Shown here: in pieces, positions 54,986 through 64,000 of the stretch
How the letters are laid out: each line of letters begins with the position of its first letter
Position numbering within the stretch: the stretch's first letter is position 1
Source: Clostridia bacterium
GTDB taxonomy: Bacteria > Bacillota > DSM-521 > Neomoorellales > SLTJ01
DNA length: 64,000 nt
Direction: 5' to 3'
Assembly (NCBI GenBank): GCA_024653205.1
Contig: JANLFO010000005.1
Span: 65,284-129,283, forward strand
Position numbers and translations under genes: made by a program
Notes under the pieces: model-generated
The model's input: only the letters and a program-made list of their open reading frames with translations
Told to the model about the DNA's origin: nothing
The model's database searches: none

Positions 54986-55700
54986 CGAGCTCACCCCCAA
55001 CACGGCCCAGATGCTGCATGGCAAGAATTCGGGGTGCCAATACCCTTAGCTCCTCTACCGAATGGGCGTCCGACCCGTACGTATAGCGGTGACACATTCT
55101 GGGCACAATTGTAGCATAGTCAAAGCCCGGAAAATGCTTGGGATTAACGTTAATTTCCAAGGCAAAACCGTAGGAGTTAGCGATCGCAACGAGATCCGCG
55201 ATTTCCTCCTGACCCGGTTCCAAGCCCCACCTCTTCCACATACTGAAGGGATGGCCCAGCACCAGCTCGAGGTCCGGATTTAAGGTCCTTAAGAGCGGTA
55301 CCTCCTTCTCGCCAAAACGCTGCACGGTCCTAAACCAGATCGACTTAAACGCTTGTTTCCCGTGGACCATAAAGGCCTCTTGAGGAAACGAGTGAAAGGA
55401 CACAATGAGGCAGTTCAGCAGAGGTATCCACTCCGGCTTGCAGTCCACTACGCCTTCGGCGTTAAGAAATTTGACCTCAAGCCCAGTCTTAATAGCAACA
55501 CACTTACAGCTGGCTCGCAACGTCTCTAGCGCAAAGCAATATCTTTCCACATAAGTGCTGTTTCTACGCGCATGGTCGGCAAAAACTATGAAGCGCAACC
55601 CGAATTCTTCGGCTGCTCGCGCCATCTCAACCGGAGTACTCGCACCATCCGAATACATAGTGTGAAGGTGGCTATCGCCCGTTCCCACCGTTGTTTTCAT
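54948..55700 (-). CDS. PHP-family (histidinol-phosphatase-like) phosphoesterase
   Basis: GDSHLHTMYSDG and FADHA motifs, plus C-terminal YGSDAH. Confidence 0.7.
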   Translation of the reverse strand: MKTTVGTGDSHLHTMYSDGASTPVEMARAAEEFGLRFIVFADHARRNSTYVERYCFALETLRASCKCVAIKTGLEVKFLNAEGVVDCKPEWIPLLNCLIVSFHSFPQEAFMVHGKQAFKSIWFRTVQRFGEKEVPLLRTLNPDLELVLGHPFSMWKRWGLEPGQEEIADLVAIANSYGFALEINVNPKHFPGFDYATIVPRMCHRYTYGSDAHSVEELRVLAPRILAMQHLGRVGGELGAEGPGGNRNPL

Positions 55701-56733
55701 CCTGATAAAGCTCCCGGAAGAATCGGCCGCATGGTACATCCCACCGTTCCGGCCTCTGTGTCACTTCGCCCAAATAAATAAGGTTAAGGGCTTCCTCGAA
55801 CATGTTAACTCCGCTCGCAAGATCCATTGCAAGACCCGCCGGTACCCTCGGATTCACCTCCAGCAGCTTCGGTAGCCCATACAGATCCTCCTTAAATTGC
55901 AGATTAGCAATGTACGACAGGTGAAAAGCACCGACGATCTTCCGCGTGCAATCGACTAGCTCGTCGTGCCTGACTACCTTGGTGTACGCACACTTGCCAT
56001 CAACAACCGTGAGACGCTGACGCGGCACTACAATCTTAACCTCCCCTCGGTCAGCCAGGACATCAACACTATACTCTTCCCCAGGGAGGTACTCCATCAG
56101 AAATCCCTGTCTAGATCCGTCGTCTATTAGATCTCGCAGCCACTCCAGCCTAAGGGCACCGGGGCCTCTCGAGTTCAGAAAAACGTCAGGGTGGGCGGAG
56201 ACTATGATTAATCCCCGCCCGCCTTGAGAGTACCTTGGCTTGAATACAACATCGCGCTCCGGATAGCCAAGTGCTTCCGCAGCCTGGCGCAAGCCTTCCC
56301 TACCGACAAACGCCTTGTAGGTGGGGATGAAGGAGGACATGCCTTTAATCTTCATCAAGGTATCGTATGTGGCCACTTTGTCAATCGCGATCGAAAGAAG
56401 TTCGGCGTTGTCGGAAACGGCTACCTTTATCCCTGAGGCAGCAAACGAGGCTGCGGCTCGGCTCAAGGGAACCACCTCAGTGGAGCTACAAGGAAAGACG
56501 ACATCCACGCGTTCCTGCAAGCACAGTAATAACAGCTGAGCAATGAACGCGGGATCCTCTCCTCGGGGCAGCAGGTGCACCCGCCTGCGTAGAAACTGGT
56601 TGTAGTTGAAATCGGTGCTTACATCCGCGGGGATCACGTCGGCGCTATATGACTTCATACGTGCCAGCAGGTTGTAATGGGAGTACCCGGCCAAGCCGCC
56701 TGTAGCCGTCAGTAGAACTCTAACCCTGCGCAC
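55672..56733 (-). CDS. ATP-grasp domain ligase
   Basis: VVFKPRYSQGGRGL, LMEYLPGEEYSVDV and LLEVNPR are ATP-grasp fold hallmarks. Confidence 0.8.
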   Translation of the reverse strand: MRRVRVLLTATGGLAGYSHYNLLARMKSYSADVIPADVSTDFNYNQFLRRRVHLLPRGEDPAFIAQLLLLCLQERVDVVFPCSSTEVVPLSRAAASFAASGIKVAVSDNAELLSIAIDKVATYDTLMKIKGMSSFIPTYKAFVGREGLRQAAEALGYPERDVVFKPRYSQGGRGLIIVSAHPDVFLNSRGPGALRLEWLRDLIDDGSRQGFLMEYLPGEEYSVDVLADRGEVKIVVPRQRLTVVDGKCAYTKVVRHDELVDCTRKIVGAFHLSYIANLQFKEDLYGLPKLLEVNPRVPAGLAMDLASGVNMFEEALNLIYLGEVTQRPERWDVPCGRFFRELYQDENNGGNGR

Positions 56734-56804
56734 CCGGAGCGCCTCCTCTTACGGCATGTTCAATGAGGGCTGATCGTACCGAGCACCAGCGTGTTCGGCG
56801 GGCT

Positions 56805-58295
56805 TCAAAACTTGAGCGTTGCAAATAAGCAGTCGTCGTGCTGGGCAAGCACCCACTCGCGCTGGCCCGCCAATCTCCGAAGCGATTGCGACAATGCGGC
56901 ACCTTGCCAGTGGCTCACCCAGCCTGGCAACCCGACGGCGTTTCCCAGCTCTACAGTGAGACTTGCGTTAGTAAAACGTTGATTAATGATCGTTCGAAGC
57001 GACGTTTCCGTGTAAAGGTAAAGGTGATACGGCATCCCCGCATAAGATAGCCCAAAAGTCCGCGTGAGTGCCGAACCGGCATTAGGCGTACTGAGGTACA
57101 ATCTCCCGTTCCTACGCAACAACCTCTTCGCGGCAGCAATATAGCTCATAAATGTGGAAAAGGGTAGGTGTTCGATAACCTGCATCATGGCTATGACATC
57201 CCAGCGGGCAGAATGCGGCAACGCACCCAAGTCGCCTACGTGAACAAAAGTTGCCCCATTAGCCCGTGCAAGTTCAGCTGCCGAAGAGTTGATCTCGCAG
57301 AGGCCGTACCGCCAGCCGGAAGGTATGAACGCTCGCAATTCTCCGGTCCCTCCGCCAACGTCCAACAAGGTCCCACTACGCTCGGTAAGGCTATCAACCA
57401 ACTCTTGCCAATCCCAGCGATTGACAAGGTTGCTTCTGTTCCCACGATAGAGGGCATAGTCAACATTGTAGAGAGCGGCGATTGAGCTTTCTTCTGGCCG
57501 AGGATTGAGGTGTACCAGCCCACAATGCGGACACACCCAGTAGTACGGTACATCCTGAGGGACAAAGGAATTCATGGCTAGCGTGTCCGAACAAGGGCCC
57601 GGTTCTAAGGCCTGCCCGCAGTTATCGCAACGCTCCACAAACACGACTTCGAGCGGCAGTCCAAAATACAATGCCTGATATCGGTTAGACCTTAAGAAAG
57701 TCCCTAGCTCTTCCGGGCCAATAGAAAAAACGTTTTCCCGTAGCGTCTCTACCAACCACGCGAAGCACCTCACCTTTTCGACGTCCGATACCTCCGCTCC
57801 GAAGCGCCACCGGTCCAGCTGATCCAATTCAACTTGTCTGCGCTCTCCGTGCTGACTGGTTAAGACGCGATAAGGCGCCATGCCAGGTATAAAGCCGCTT
57901 AGAACTACTTCGCTAGTAACGGAAGAAGAGAGTTCCGCCACCAGACGCTGAAGGAGTACCCGATCGACCAATGGGTGCTCTACCCTGTGAAACAAGGCAG
58001 CCTGATGTGGCGCCAGTTGCCGGGCAATTGTTCTTTCGCGCTCCTCGGTATCGGGTGGCCCTTTCTGCACGTGTATCCCGTACTTTGCCACCAACTCGCT
58101 TATGCGCCGATCGTGATAGTCGTAAGGGAGGGACACTATAACCTGCGCCTGCGGCAAGCGCGCCTCAAGAAGCCTCCGGATCAAGATTTCAACTTGGGCA
58201 CCCACTCGGTATTGGTTCCAGAAAGGCGTAGTTATACCACGCCAGTTGGGCTCATCTGGATTTGCGATGATAAACAGCTTATACTCGCTCACCAT
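56805..58295 (-). CDS. fusion protein: cytidylyltransferase/SpsF-like N-domain, Zn-ribbon and class I SAM methyltransferase
   Basis: CDNCG...CPHCG zinc ribbon, then LLDVGGGTGE (SAM motif I) and VIAMMQVIEHL. Confidence 0.7.
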   Translation of the reverse strand: MVSEYKLFIIANPDEPNWRGITTPFWNQYRVGAQVEILIRRLLEARLPQAQVIVSLPYDYHDRRISELVAKYGIHVQKGPPDTEERERTIARQLAPHQAALFHRVEHPLVDRVLLQRLVAELSSSVTSEVVLSGFIPGMAPYRVLTSQHGERRQVELDQLDRWRFGAEVSDVEKVRCFAWLVETLRENVFSIGPEELGTFLRSNRYQALYFGLPLEVVFVERCDNCGQALEPGPCSDTLAMNSFVPQDVPYYWVCPHCGLVHLNPRPEESSIAALYNVDYALYRGNRSNLVNRWDWQELVDSLTERSGTLLDVGGGTGELRAFIPSGWRYGLCEINSSAAELARANGATFVHVGDLGALPHSARWDVIAMMQVIEHLPFSTFMSYIAAAKRLLRRNGRLYLSTPNAGSALTRTFGLSYAGMPYHLYLYTETSLRTIINQRFTNASLTVELGNAVGLPGWVSHWQGAALSQSLRRLAGQREWVLAQHDDCLFATLKF

Positions 58296-58332
58296 ACCAG
58301 GAGGCGACTCCTATCGCGCACAGACCTCCTAA

Positions 58333-58995
58333 TTACCTGATCACCCGCCGTACCTGCTGGAAGGCCTCAGCATAGGCCATGTTAACCGAAGAACCCCGAT
58401 AGGCCGCCAAACTTTTCACGACCTGCAGACTACGCGGGTGAGGAAACTCCTTCACCTCGGGGCCAAAGAGGCTCAAGATACGAAGCTTAGGCTCCAGGAC
58501 TTCTTCTATGTTAACGTAGACATCCGGTTCAAACCTTGCCGCCTTATTCGGGAAGGCCCAATTGGTGCTGGAGGGAACCTCATATAGAAGTACTTCCTTG
58601 ACGGAAGGCACGTAAGCCGGTTTTAAGGCAACCATAGCGCACCGGTGAACGATATCATGGTCCGTGTTAACATCGGCATCGCTAACGCAGTAAACGATAT
58701 CAGGTTCGGACTTCAGGATTATGGCCACTAGGTCGTCCACAATCCCGCGCATAGGAACCATGTCCAGACTGCCGGCCGGATAGTCAAGCAGGAAACGGTC
58801 AGCGAAGCCATACGCCTTACTGACTTGCTCAACCGTAGCCATTCTTGTACTTCGAAAATGCTGGGACGAATCCTCAAGGGCAAGTGTGACGATGCACCAG
58901 TAGACCTTGTCACCGGCAGCAATATGTCTCAACAGCGTCCCACCTGCTCCCAGCGTCTCATCGTCAGGATGAGGGGCGATAACCAGCACCTTCAA
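58333..58995 (-). CDS. PIG-L/LmbE-family deacetylase
   Basis: VLVIAPHPDDETLGAGG and NTDHD motifs. TTG start after GGTGAGGTGAG. Confidence 0.8.
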   Translation of the reverse strand: MKVLVIAPHPDDETLGAGGTLLRHIAAGDKVYWCIVTLALEDSSQHFRSTRMATVEQVSKAYGFADRFLLDYPAGSLDMVPMRGIVDDLVAIILKSEPDIVYCVSDADVNTDHDIVHRCAMVALKPAYVPSVKEVLLYEVPSSTNWAFPNKAARFEPDVYVNIEEVLEPKLRILSLFGPEVKEFPHPRSLQVVKSLAAYRGSSVNMAYAEAFQQVRRVIR

Positions 58996-59005
58996 CCGTC
59001 TCACC

Positions 59006-59356
59006 TCACCGCCGACCAGCGCGAAGGCACGGCCGCGCCGGGTTTCCCCGCACAACCACCCCTGGTGGCACGTCTTTCGTAACCACCGCACCTGCGCTGA
59101 CAAACGCCTGGGCCCCTATCTTGATGCTCTGAACTATACATGCACCCACGCCAATAAAGGCGCCCTCGCCCACTACCACGCCGCCGCAGATTATGGCCCC
59201 GGGCCCGATCTGGGCAGAATCCCCGATCCGGCAGTCGTGCTCGATAATCGCCCCGGTATTGACTATCACGTTCTCACCGACGACGGCGCCGGCGTTGATG
59301 GCGGCGCCCGCCATGACCACCGTACCCCTTCCTCGGGCTGAGCAGAATGACACCAA
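59006..59356 (-). pseudogene. N-terminally truncated left-handed beta-helix acetyltransferase (paralog fragment of the NeuD-family gene upstream)
   Basis: Contains only hexapeptide repeats and the tail AVVTKDVPPGVVVRGNPAR, which is nearly identical in pattern to the tail of 59397..60029. It lacks the Rossmann-like NeuD N-domain. Confidence 0.45.
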
Positions 59357-59396
59357 ATGTGGGAAACCCGGATATTCTCTATTGAGCTCTCTGCAC

Positions 59397-60029
59397 TCAC
59401 CGAACCACCCTTGCTGGGACGCCGACTACCACGGCACCTGGGGGAACGTCCTTAGTTACGACAGCACCTGCACCAACGATAGCCCTGCGCCCGATGCTAA
59501 CGCCAGGTAACGTCACCGCGCCGGTGCCGATTTGAGCCAAGTCACCCACGGTAGTGCCACCTGATAAGTGTACACCTGGAGCAATAGTACAGAAGTCGCC
59601 GATTGTTACGTCGTGCCCAATGGTGCAGCATAGGTTAATTATCGTATGTGAGCCTATTCTTACGCGAGATGTCACCTTAGTACCACTGCACACGATGGAA
59701 CCATTACCCACGTGTACGCTGCTAGCGATGAACACGTCAGGGTGAATTAACGTTGAAAAGCGTATTCCGACTGCACAAACTTCCCCTACTACGCGTTCCC
59801 GCACGCTCGGATCACCGATAGCGCATACTGCGAAGACTCCTCCTGGGTCATGGTTACTCAGCCACCTATGGAGAGTACCAAGGATCATAAAACCCTCCAT
59901 GTACTCCCCTACGCGGCTGTTGTCCTTGTCTATGAAGCCTAGAATACGGCTCCCGTCCGGAAGACACTGCTGAGCCAAAATGGCTACCTCTCTCGCAAAC
60001 CCACCCGCGCCTATGATCAGGAATCTCAT
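59397..60029 (-). CDS. NeuD/PglD/LegH-family sugar N-acetyltransferase
   Basis: MRFLIIGAGGFAREV N-domain plus hexapeptide repeats. ATG after GGTGGGG. Confidence 0.85.
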   Translation of the reverse strand: MRFLIIGAGGFAREVAILAQQCLPDGSRILGFIDKDNSRVGEYMEGFMILGTLHRWLSNHDPGGVFAVCAIGDPSVRERVVGEVCAVGIRFSTLIHPDVFIASSVHVGNGSIVCSGTKVTSRVRIGSHTIINLCCTIGHDVTIGDFCTIAPGVHLSGGTTVGDLAQIGTGAVTLPGVSIGRRAIVGAGAVVTKDVPPGAVVVGVPARVVR

Positions 60030-60076
60030 GACCCCACCACTCTCTCCCCAGGGGACCATGTTACGACAACAGTGGA

Positions 60077-61189
60077 TCATATCCTGAGCTTAAGCACCGA
60101 GCACACATAGGCGACTTCCTCCGGAGTAAGAAAGCTCGCGCTGGGGAGGCTCAGCCCGCCCTCATATATTCGGTTGGCGACCGGGCAGGAGGGAAAGGAG
60201 AAGCCGACGTAGCAGGGCTGCTCGGGTATGGGCTTGAACAGCGGCCGCACCTGGACACCGTGCCGCCCGAGCCGTCCCATGACCGAGCGCCGGTCTTCGC
60301 CGAACCTCCTTTCGTCCAGCCAGACCGAGAACAGCCACCAGTTGCTTTCCGCACCGGGCGTCTCCTGCTGCCAACAAAGACCCTCGATTCCGCCTAGTTC
60401 CCGGCGGTAGATTGTCGCGTTCCGCCGCTTGGTAGCCAGGAACTCCGGCAGGCGCTCCAGCTGCGCCAGGCCCAGAGCTGCCTGGAGGTTGGTGAGCTTG
60501 TAGTTATAGCCGATCTCTTCGTGGGAGTACTCCGTTTCCTCCGGGTCACGGCCCTGGTTCACCAGTATCCGCGCCCGCCGCGCCAGATGCGGGTTGTTCG
60601 TCACCAGCATTCCCCCACCGCCGGTGGTGATTATCTTGTTGCCGTTAAAGCTGAAGACGCCTACGTCGCCGAGCGTTCCCGCCATCCGGCCTCCATAGGT
60701 AGCACCCAGCGCTTCGGTGGCATCTTCTATCACGTAAAGGTTATGGTCTTTCGCCTGCCGCATTAAGGGTTCCATGTCCACCGGATTGCCATAGAGGTGA
60801 ACGGGGATGATCGCCTTGGTTCGCGCGGTGATTGCCCTTGCCACCGCTTTTGGGTCGAGGTTCCAGGTTTGCGGATCTACGTCCACCACCAGCGGGCTGG
60901 CGCCAACGTACAGCACCGGGTTCACCGTGGCCACAAAGGTTAGGGCCGGCACGATGACCTCGTCGTCCGGGCCAATATCGAGGATTCGCAGGGCGAGGTT
61001 CAGCGCCGCGGTGCCGTTTACCGTAGAGACCGCGAACCTGACGCCGAGATAGGCGGCAAACCTCTCCTCAAACTCCCGCACCAGCGGCCCCGCGCTCGAC
61101 ACGTAGCCGCTTTCCAGGGCCGCGGTCACGTATCGCTTTTCTGCTTCCCCCAGGTTCGGCCAGTCCAGAGGCACTCTCACGGCAGACAT
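60077..61189 (-). CDS. legC: DegT/DnrJ/EryC1-family PLP aminotransferase (LegC/PseC-like)
   Basis: GEAEKRYVTAALESGYVSS, VNGTAALNLAL and SFNGNKIITTGGGG (PLP-Lys). Confidence 0.85.
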   Translation of the reverse strand: MSAVRVPLDWPNLGEAEKRYVTAALESGYVSSAGPLVREFEERFAAYLGVRFAVSTVNGTAALNLALRILDIGPDDEVIVPALTFVATVNPVLYVGASPLVVDVDPQTWNLDPKAVARAITARTKAIIPVHLYGNPVDMEPLMRQAKDHNLYVIEDATEALGATYGGRMAGTLGDVGVFSFNGNKIITTGGGGMLVTNNPHLARRARILVNQGRDPEETEYSHEEIGYNYKLTNLQAALGLAQLERLPEFLATKRRNATIYRRELGGIEGLCWQQETPGAESNWWLFSVWLDERRFGEDRRSVMGRLGRHGVQVRPLFKPIPEQPCYVGFSFPSCPVANRIYEGGLSLPSASFLTPEEVAYVCSVLKLRI

Positions 61190-61214
61190 GCACCGCCCCT
61201 CCCGCGAGCCGGTT

Positions 61215-62186
61215 TCACACATTGTACATCTCGGGCTTGTACAGGTCCAGGTGGTGCGCCATCCATTCCACGGTGAGGGCTAGGCCCTCCTCCAGAGAGT
61301 GCCGCGGTTGCCAGCCGGTAAGCCCCTTGATCTTGGCGTTCCCGCACACGAGACACTCCACTTCGCTCTTCTCCGGACGTATGCGATCGTCCTCCACGGC
61401 TACGCGGATCTCCCTGCCCACAATCCTCCCCACAATGTCTACAATTTCCCCAATAGAGGTTTCCCGGCCGCTACCGATGTTCACTACTTCGCCCACGGCA
61501 CGGTCACAGTGGGCCAGGGCCAGGAACCCATCCACGGTGTCCACCACGTAGTTGAAGTCGCGGGTCGGACGGAGGTTACCCAACCGGATGGTTTCTCTTC
61601 CGCTCAGAACCTGCGCCAAGATCGTAGGTATTACCGCCCGGGCGGACTGGCGCGGGCCGAAGGTGTTGAAGGGTCGCGCAATGGTTACCGGTAGCCCGTA
61701 GGAACGAAAGTAGCTCAGGGCCAGTTGGTCCGCGGCTATCTTGCTGGCGGCGTAAGGTGATTGCGCCTGGAGCGGGTGCTCCTCGTCTATGGGCACGTAC
61801 CTGGCCGTGCCGTAGACCTCGGAAGTGGAAGTGTGCACAAACCGCGATACCCCTACTTCCCGGGCAGCCTGGAGGAGGTTATAGGTACCTTCCACGTTAG
61901 TTCTTATGTAAGCTACCGGCGACAGGTAGGAATACGGTATTCCGATCAAGGCGGCCAGGTGGAACACCACGCTTACGCCCTCGACGGCCCGCCGGACCAG
62001 GTCGTAGTCGCGCACGTCGCCAGCGATGACCTCAATTTCGTTCCGTACCGGGCTTTCCTCCAGCCACCCCCACCGGCCGCGGGAATTATAGTGAACGAAG
62101 GCCCTCATGGCGTACCCCTCCTGGGTCAGCCGCTCCACAAGGTGGGAACCTATGAACCCTCCCGCGCCGGTAACCAGCACCCGCAC
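61215..62186 (-). CDS. legB: NAD-dependent sugar-nucleotide 4,6-dehydratase (LegB-like, SDR family)
   Basis: VLVTGAGGFIGSHL, HYNSRGRWGWLE and SPYAASK (YxxxK). Confidence 0.85.
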   Translation of the reverse strand: MRVLVTGAGGFIGSHLVERLTQEGYAMRAFVHYNSRGRWGWLEESPVRNEIEVIAGDVRDYDLVRRAVEGVSVVFHLAALIGIPYSYLSPVAYIRTNVEGTYNLLQAAREVGVSRFVHTSTSEVYGTARYVPIDEEHPLQAQSPYAASKIAADQLALSYFRSYGLPVTIARPFNTFGPRQSARAVIPTILAQVLSGRETIRLGNLRPTRDFNYVVDTVDGFLALAHCDRAVGEVVNIGSGRETSIGEIVDIVGRIVGREIRVAVEDDRIRPEKSEVECLVCGNAKIKGLTGWQPRHSLEEGLALTVEWMAHHLDLYKPEMYNV

Positions 62187-62314
62187 TAGTCAACCACTCC
62201 TAGGCCTTGATTTGCCAGCACTCGATCTTTAGCGTTGACACCGAATTCCCGGGGACTACCATCGTCACACGCGATCTCCAACAGACATATACTTACTCTG
62301 TCTCAATCTGACCT

Positions 62315-62644
62315 CTACGACCTAACAATTCTTCCGCTCTCAAAGTACTCACATAGAATACCTTCGATAAGTTCCTTTAGCTGATTTCGATCGTCATCAT
62401 CAAAATCATCCGGCCCGTGCGGATGGCTATTTATGAGGTCTGCCACCGCCTGATCAAAGCTGGCCTTGGCAGCATCGTCCGCGAAATAGCAACCCTGCAT
62501 ATCCAATACAACTTCTGCAGTCCCATCCTCAACGGCAGAAATCGCTACTGCGTCCGCAACTGGCCGTGTGTTATCCGTGAGACTGATTTGACCCCCATAG
62601 TGGCGAATCCTTCTCCGCACTACCACTTTAGCCGGACAGTCCAT
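62315..62644 (-). CDS. small acidic hypothetical protein
   Basis: 109-aa ORF in the lower-GC stretch, with an acidic run PDDFDDDDRNQLKELIEGI. No family was recognised. Confidence 0.4.
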   Translation of the reverse strand: MDCPAKVVVRRRIRHYGGQISLTDNTRPVADAVAISAVEDGTAEVVLDMQGCYFADDAAKASFDQAVADLINSHPHGPDDFDDDDRNQLKELIEGILCEYFESGRIVRS

Positions 62645-62805
62645 AATCCCTAGTCCTCCCGCTTTGGGGTACCGCCCTGCATAGAACGAGACTATCCGTT
62701 CCTGGCAGGCGTATGATGCTCAACAGGGCACGTCGGAAGGGGCTATGTTCCCTTCGCTTTCTAAGGATTATCCGCAACCCCATGCAATGCCTCTCCTTGG
62801 CAGGC

Positions 62806-64000
62806 TCACTTTGCCTCCACGAATTCTTCCCGACCAACACTGTGCGTTACCAACAGTCGCGCCTCGACGGCGCTGCGCATCCTGTCCAGACTTTCAGCGA
62901 TCTGCCTCGATACCTGCCTTGCGGGACGGAAGAACGTGGCGTACGTCTTCGCCGCACCAAGGGCCTTAGCGGCCTCACTCTGCGCTTCGTTGGCCCTGGC
63001 GGCCAAAACCCTGTTTGCCGCCTCTACTTTATGCCAGATCAGAGGCCTAATAAAGTATTGAAACATGGCCAGACGGGTAATCCGCCGATCCAACTTCGCG
63101 AGTTGACGCAAGGCCGACGCCAGTTCCTCGCCGGTAACCGTGCCCTTGCGGCCCCTGAGCATCAGCCTCCGTACGGTGCGCAGGCCCTCGCCCGCCAATC
63201 GGTCTACCGTGCACGCCTCCTCCTTCACACTGTGAAGGGTTCGAAGGAGGGCCTCATACTGCGCGGAGGAAGGGGGCTCCCATTGCGCGAGCGCCTGGCT
63301 GATGATGGCCTCGGGCTCGAAATAGTCACGGCAATACCGATCCAGAACCTCGCGCAAAGTGCATACATCGGTGCCGGCAATCATGGCACCGCCTTCGGTG
63401 GCATTAATAACCTTCCTGCTGCCGTTTAATGCGCGGATACGCTGTTCAAACCACACCTGCATGGCGTGGAGGGATCTGGTGGTAGGCACTGCCCTTCCGT
63501 AAATATCCTTCACGTAGACATACGGGCTCTCCTGCGAGCCTTCCTCCACTCTCACTTCAGCGCGGTGGGCTGCCCCGGCGGCGTGAGTGAAACCGTTGGT
63601 GTAGGCAAGGTCCTGGCCTACGAAGATAATAGGATCGCAACCAAGCTGGCAGGCCAGGTCGAAGGCAGAATTCGCGACGGACGGCCCGCTGGCCACCGTA
63701 CCCTTAGCACTTCCCATCCTCTCTCCAAGCCACGTCATGAACGGAAACACATCCAGATCCATGGCGCACAGTCGACCCTGATACTCCGCGACGATCCGCG
63801 GATAGAGCACGGGGGTATACACCAAGGTCACGTCGCGGGTGTCTAGGTCGGCAAAGTGCTGATAATTCGCCTCTCCCGGGTCCACGGAGACAAGGAGATC
63901 GGGAACTACGCCGTGAGCCTTCAATACCTTAATTGTGGAACCCGCGCAAATAATTAAGGCCCTACCCTTCGCAGCCTGAAGCAGTCTTACATTCTTCTCC
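62806..64000 (-). CDS. motility-associated factor (Maf, DUF115) flagellin nonulosonic-acid glycosyltransferase, 5' end beyond the window
   Basis: DLLVSVDP, GGPSVANSAFDLACQLGCDPIIFVGQDLAY-type core. The reading frame stays open to the window edge (…ALIICAGSTIKVLKAHGVVPD). Confidence 0.8.
   Translation of the reverse strand, partial: EKNVRLLQAAKGRALIICAGSTIKVLKAHGVVPDLLVSVDPGEANYQHFADLDTRDVTLVYTPVLYPRIVAEYQGRLCAMDLDVFPFMTWLGERMGSAKGTVASGPSVANSAFDLACQLGCDPIIFVGQDLAYTNGFTHAAGAAHRAEVRVEEGSQESPYVYVKDIYGRAVPTTRSLHAMQVWFEQRIRALNGSRKVINATEGGAMIAGTDVCTLREVLDRYCRDYFEPEAIISQALAQWEPPSSAQYEALLRTLHSVKEEACTVDRLAGEGLRTVRRLMLRGRKGTVTGEELASALRQLAKLDRRITRLAMFQYFIRPLIWHKVEAANRVLAARANEAQSEAAKALGAAKTYATFFRPARQVSRQIAESLDRMRSAVEARLLVTHSVGREEFVEAK

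Overview
High-GC (about 65% by eye) chromosomal segment that looks like a thermophilic, anaerobic Firmicute (Peptococcaceae/Thermoanaerobacterales-like; this is inference only). No rRNA genes or CRISPR arrays were seen. Layout by region: (1) 0-8 kb: housekeeping genes, including trxA, a selenocysteine-encoding selD (in-frame UGA), a stomatin/NfeD pair and a transporter. (2) 8-23 kb: a complete [FeFe]-hydrogenase island. It holds the maturases hydG-hydF-hydE, a TM1266-type regulator, and a HydABC-type operon whose NuoF-like subunit is fused to a GltD/NfnB-like module. It also holds a HydS-like sensor/DRTGG/PHP/anti-sigma-kinase module. (3) 23-33 kb: a molybdopterin oxidoreductase, c-di-GMP signalling genes, a purine-type permease and an aryl-CoA ligase. 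(4) 33-37 kb: the most interesting locus. It is an agr-type cyclic-peptide quorum-sensing cassette (agrB plus a 44-codon agrD that the ORF track missed). No AgrC/AgrA follows; instead there is a multi-TM protein with a degenerate GGDEF and an intact HD-GYP domain. (5) 37-43 kb: copA with an unknown 536-aa partner, plus small unknown genes. (6) 43.6-50.8 kb: an accessory island that begins at tRNA-Ala/tRNA-Val. The tRNA-Val 3' half is duplicated, bracketing a decayed mobilizable element, and the island is dense in toxin-antitoxin modules (Phd/VapC, RelE, two tandem nucleotidyltransferase pairs, DUF433/DUF5615). (7) 50.8-64 kb: a legionaminic-acid-type nonulosonic acid cluster with extra tailoring enzymes, ending in a Maf flagellin-glycosylation gene. 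Many long ORFs in the track are antisense mirror ORFs typical of GC-rich DNA and were not called.
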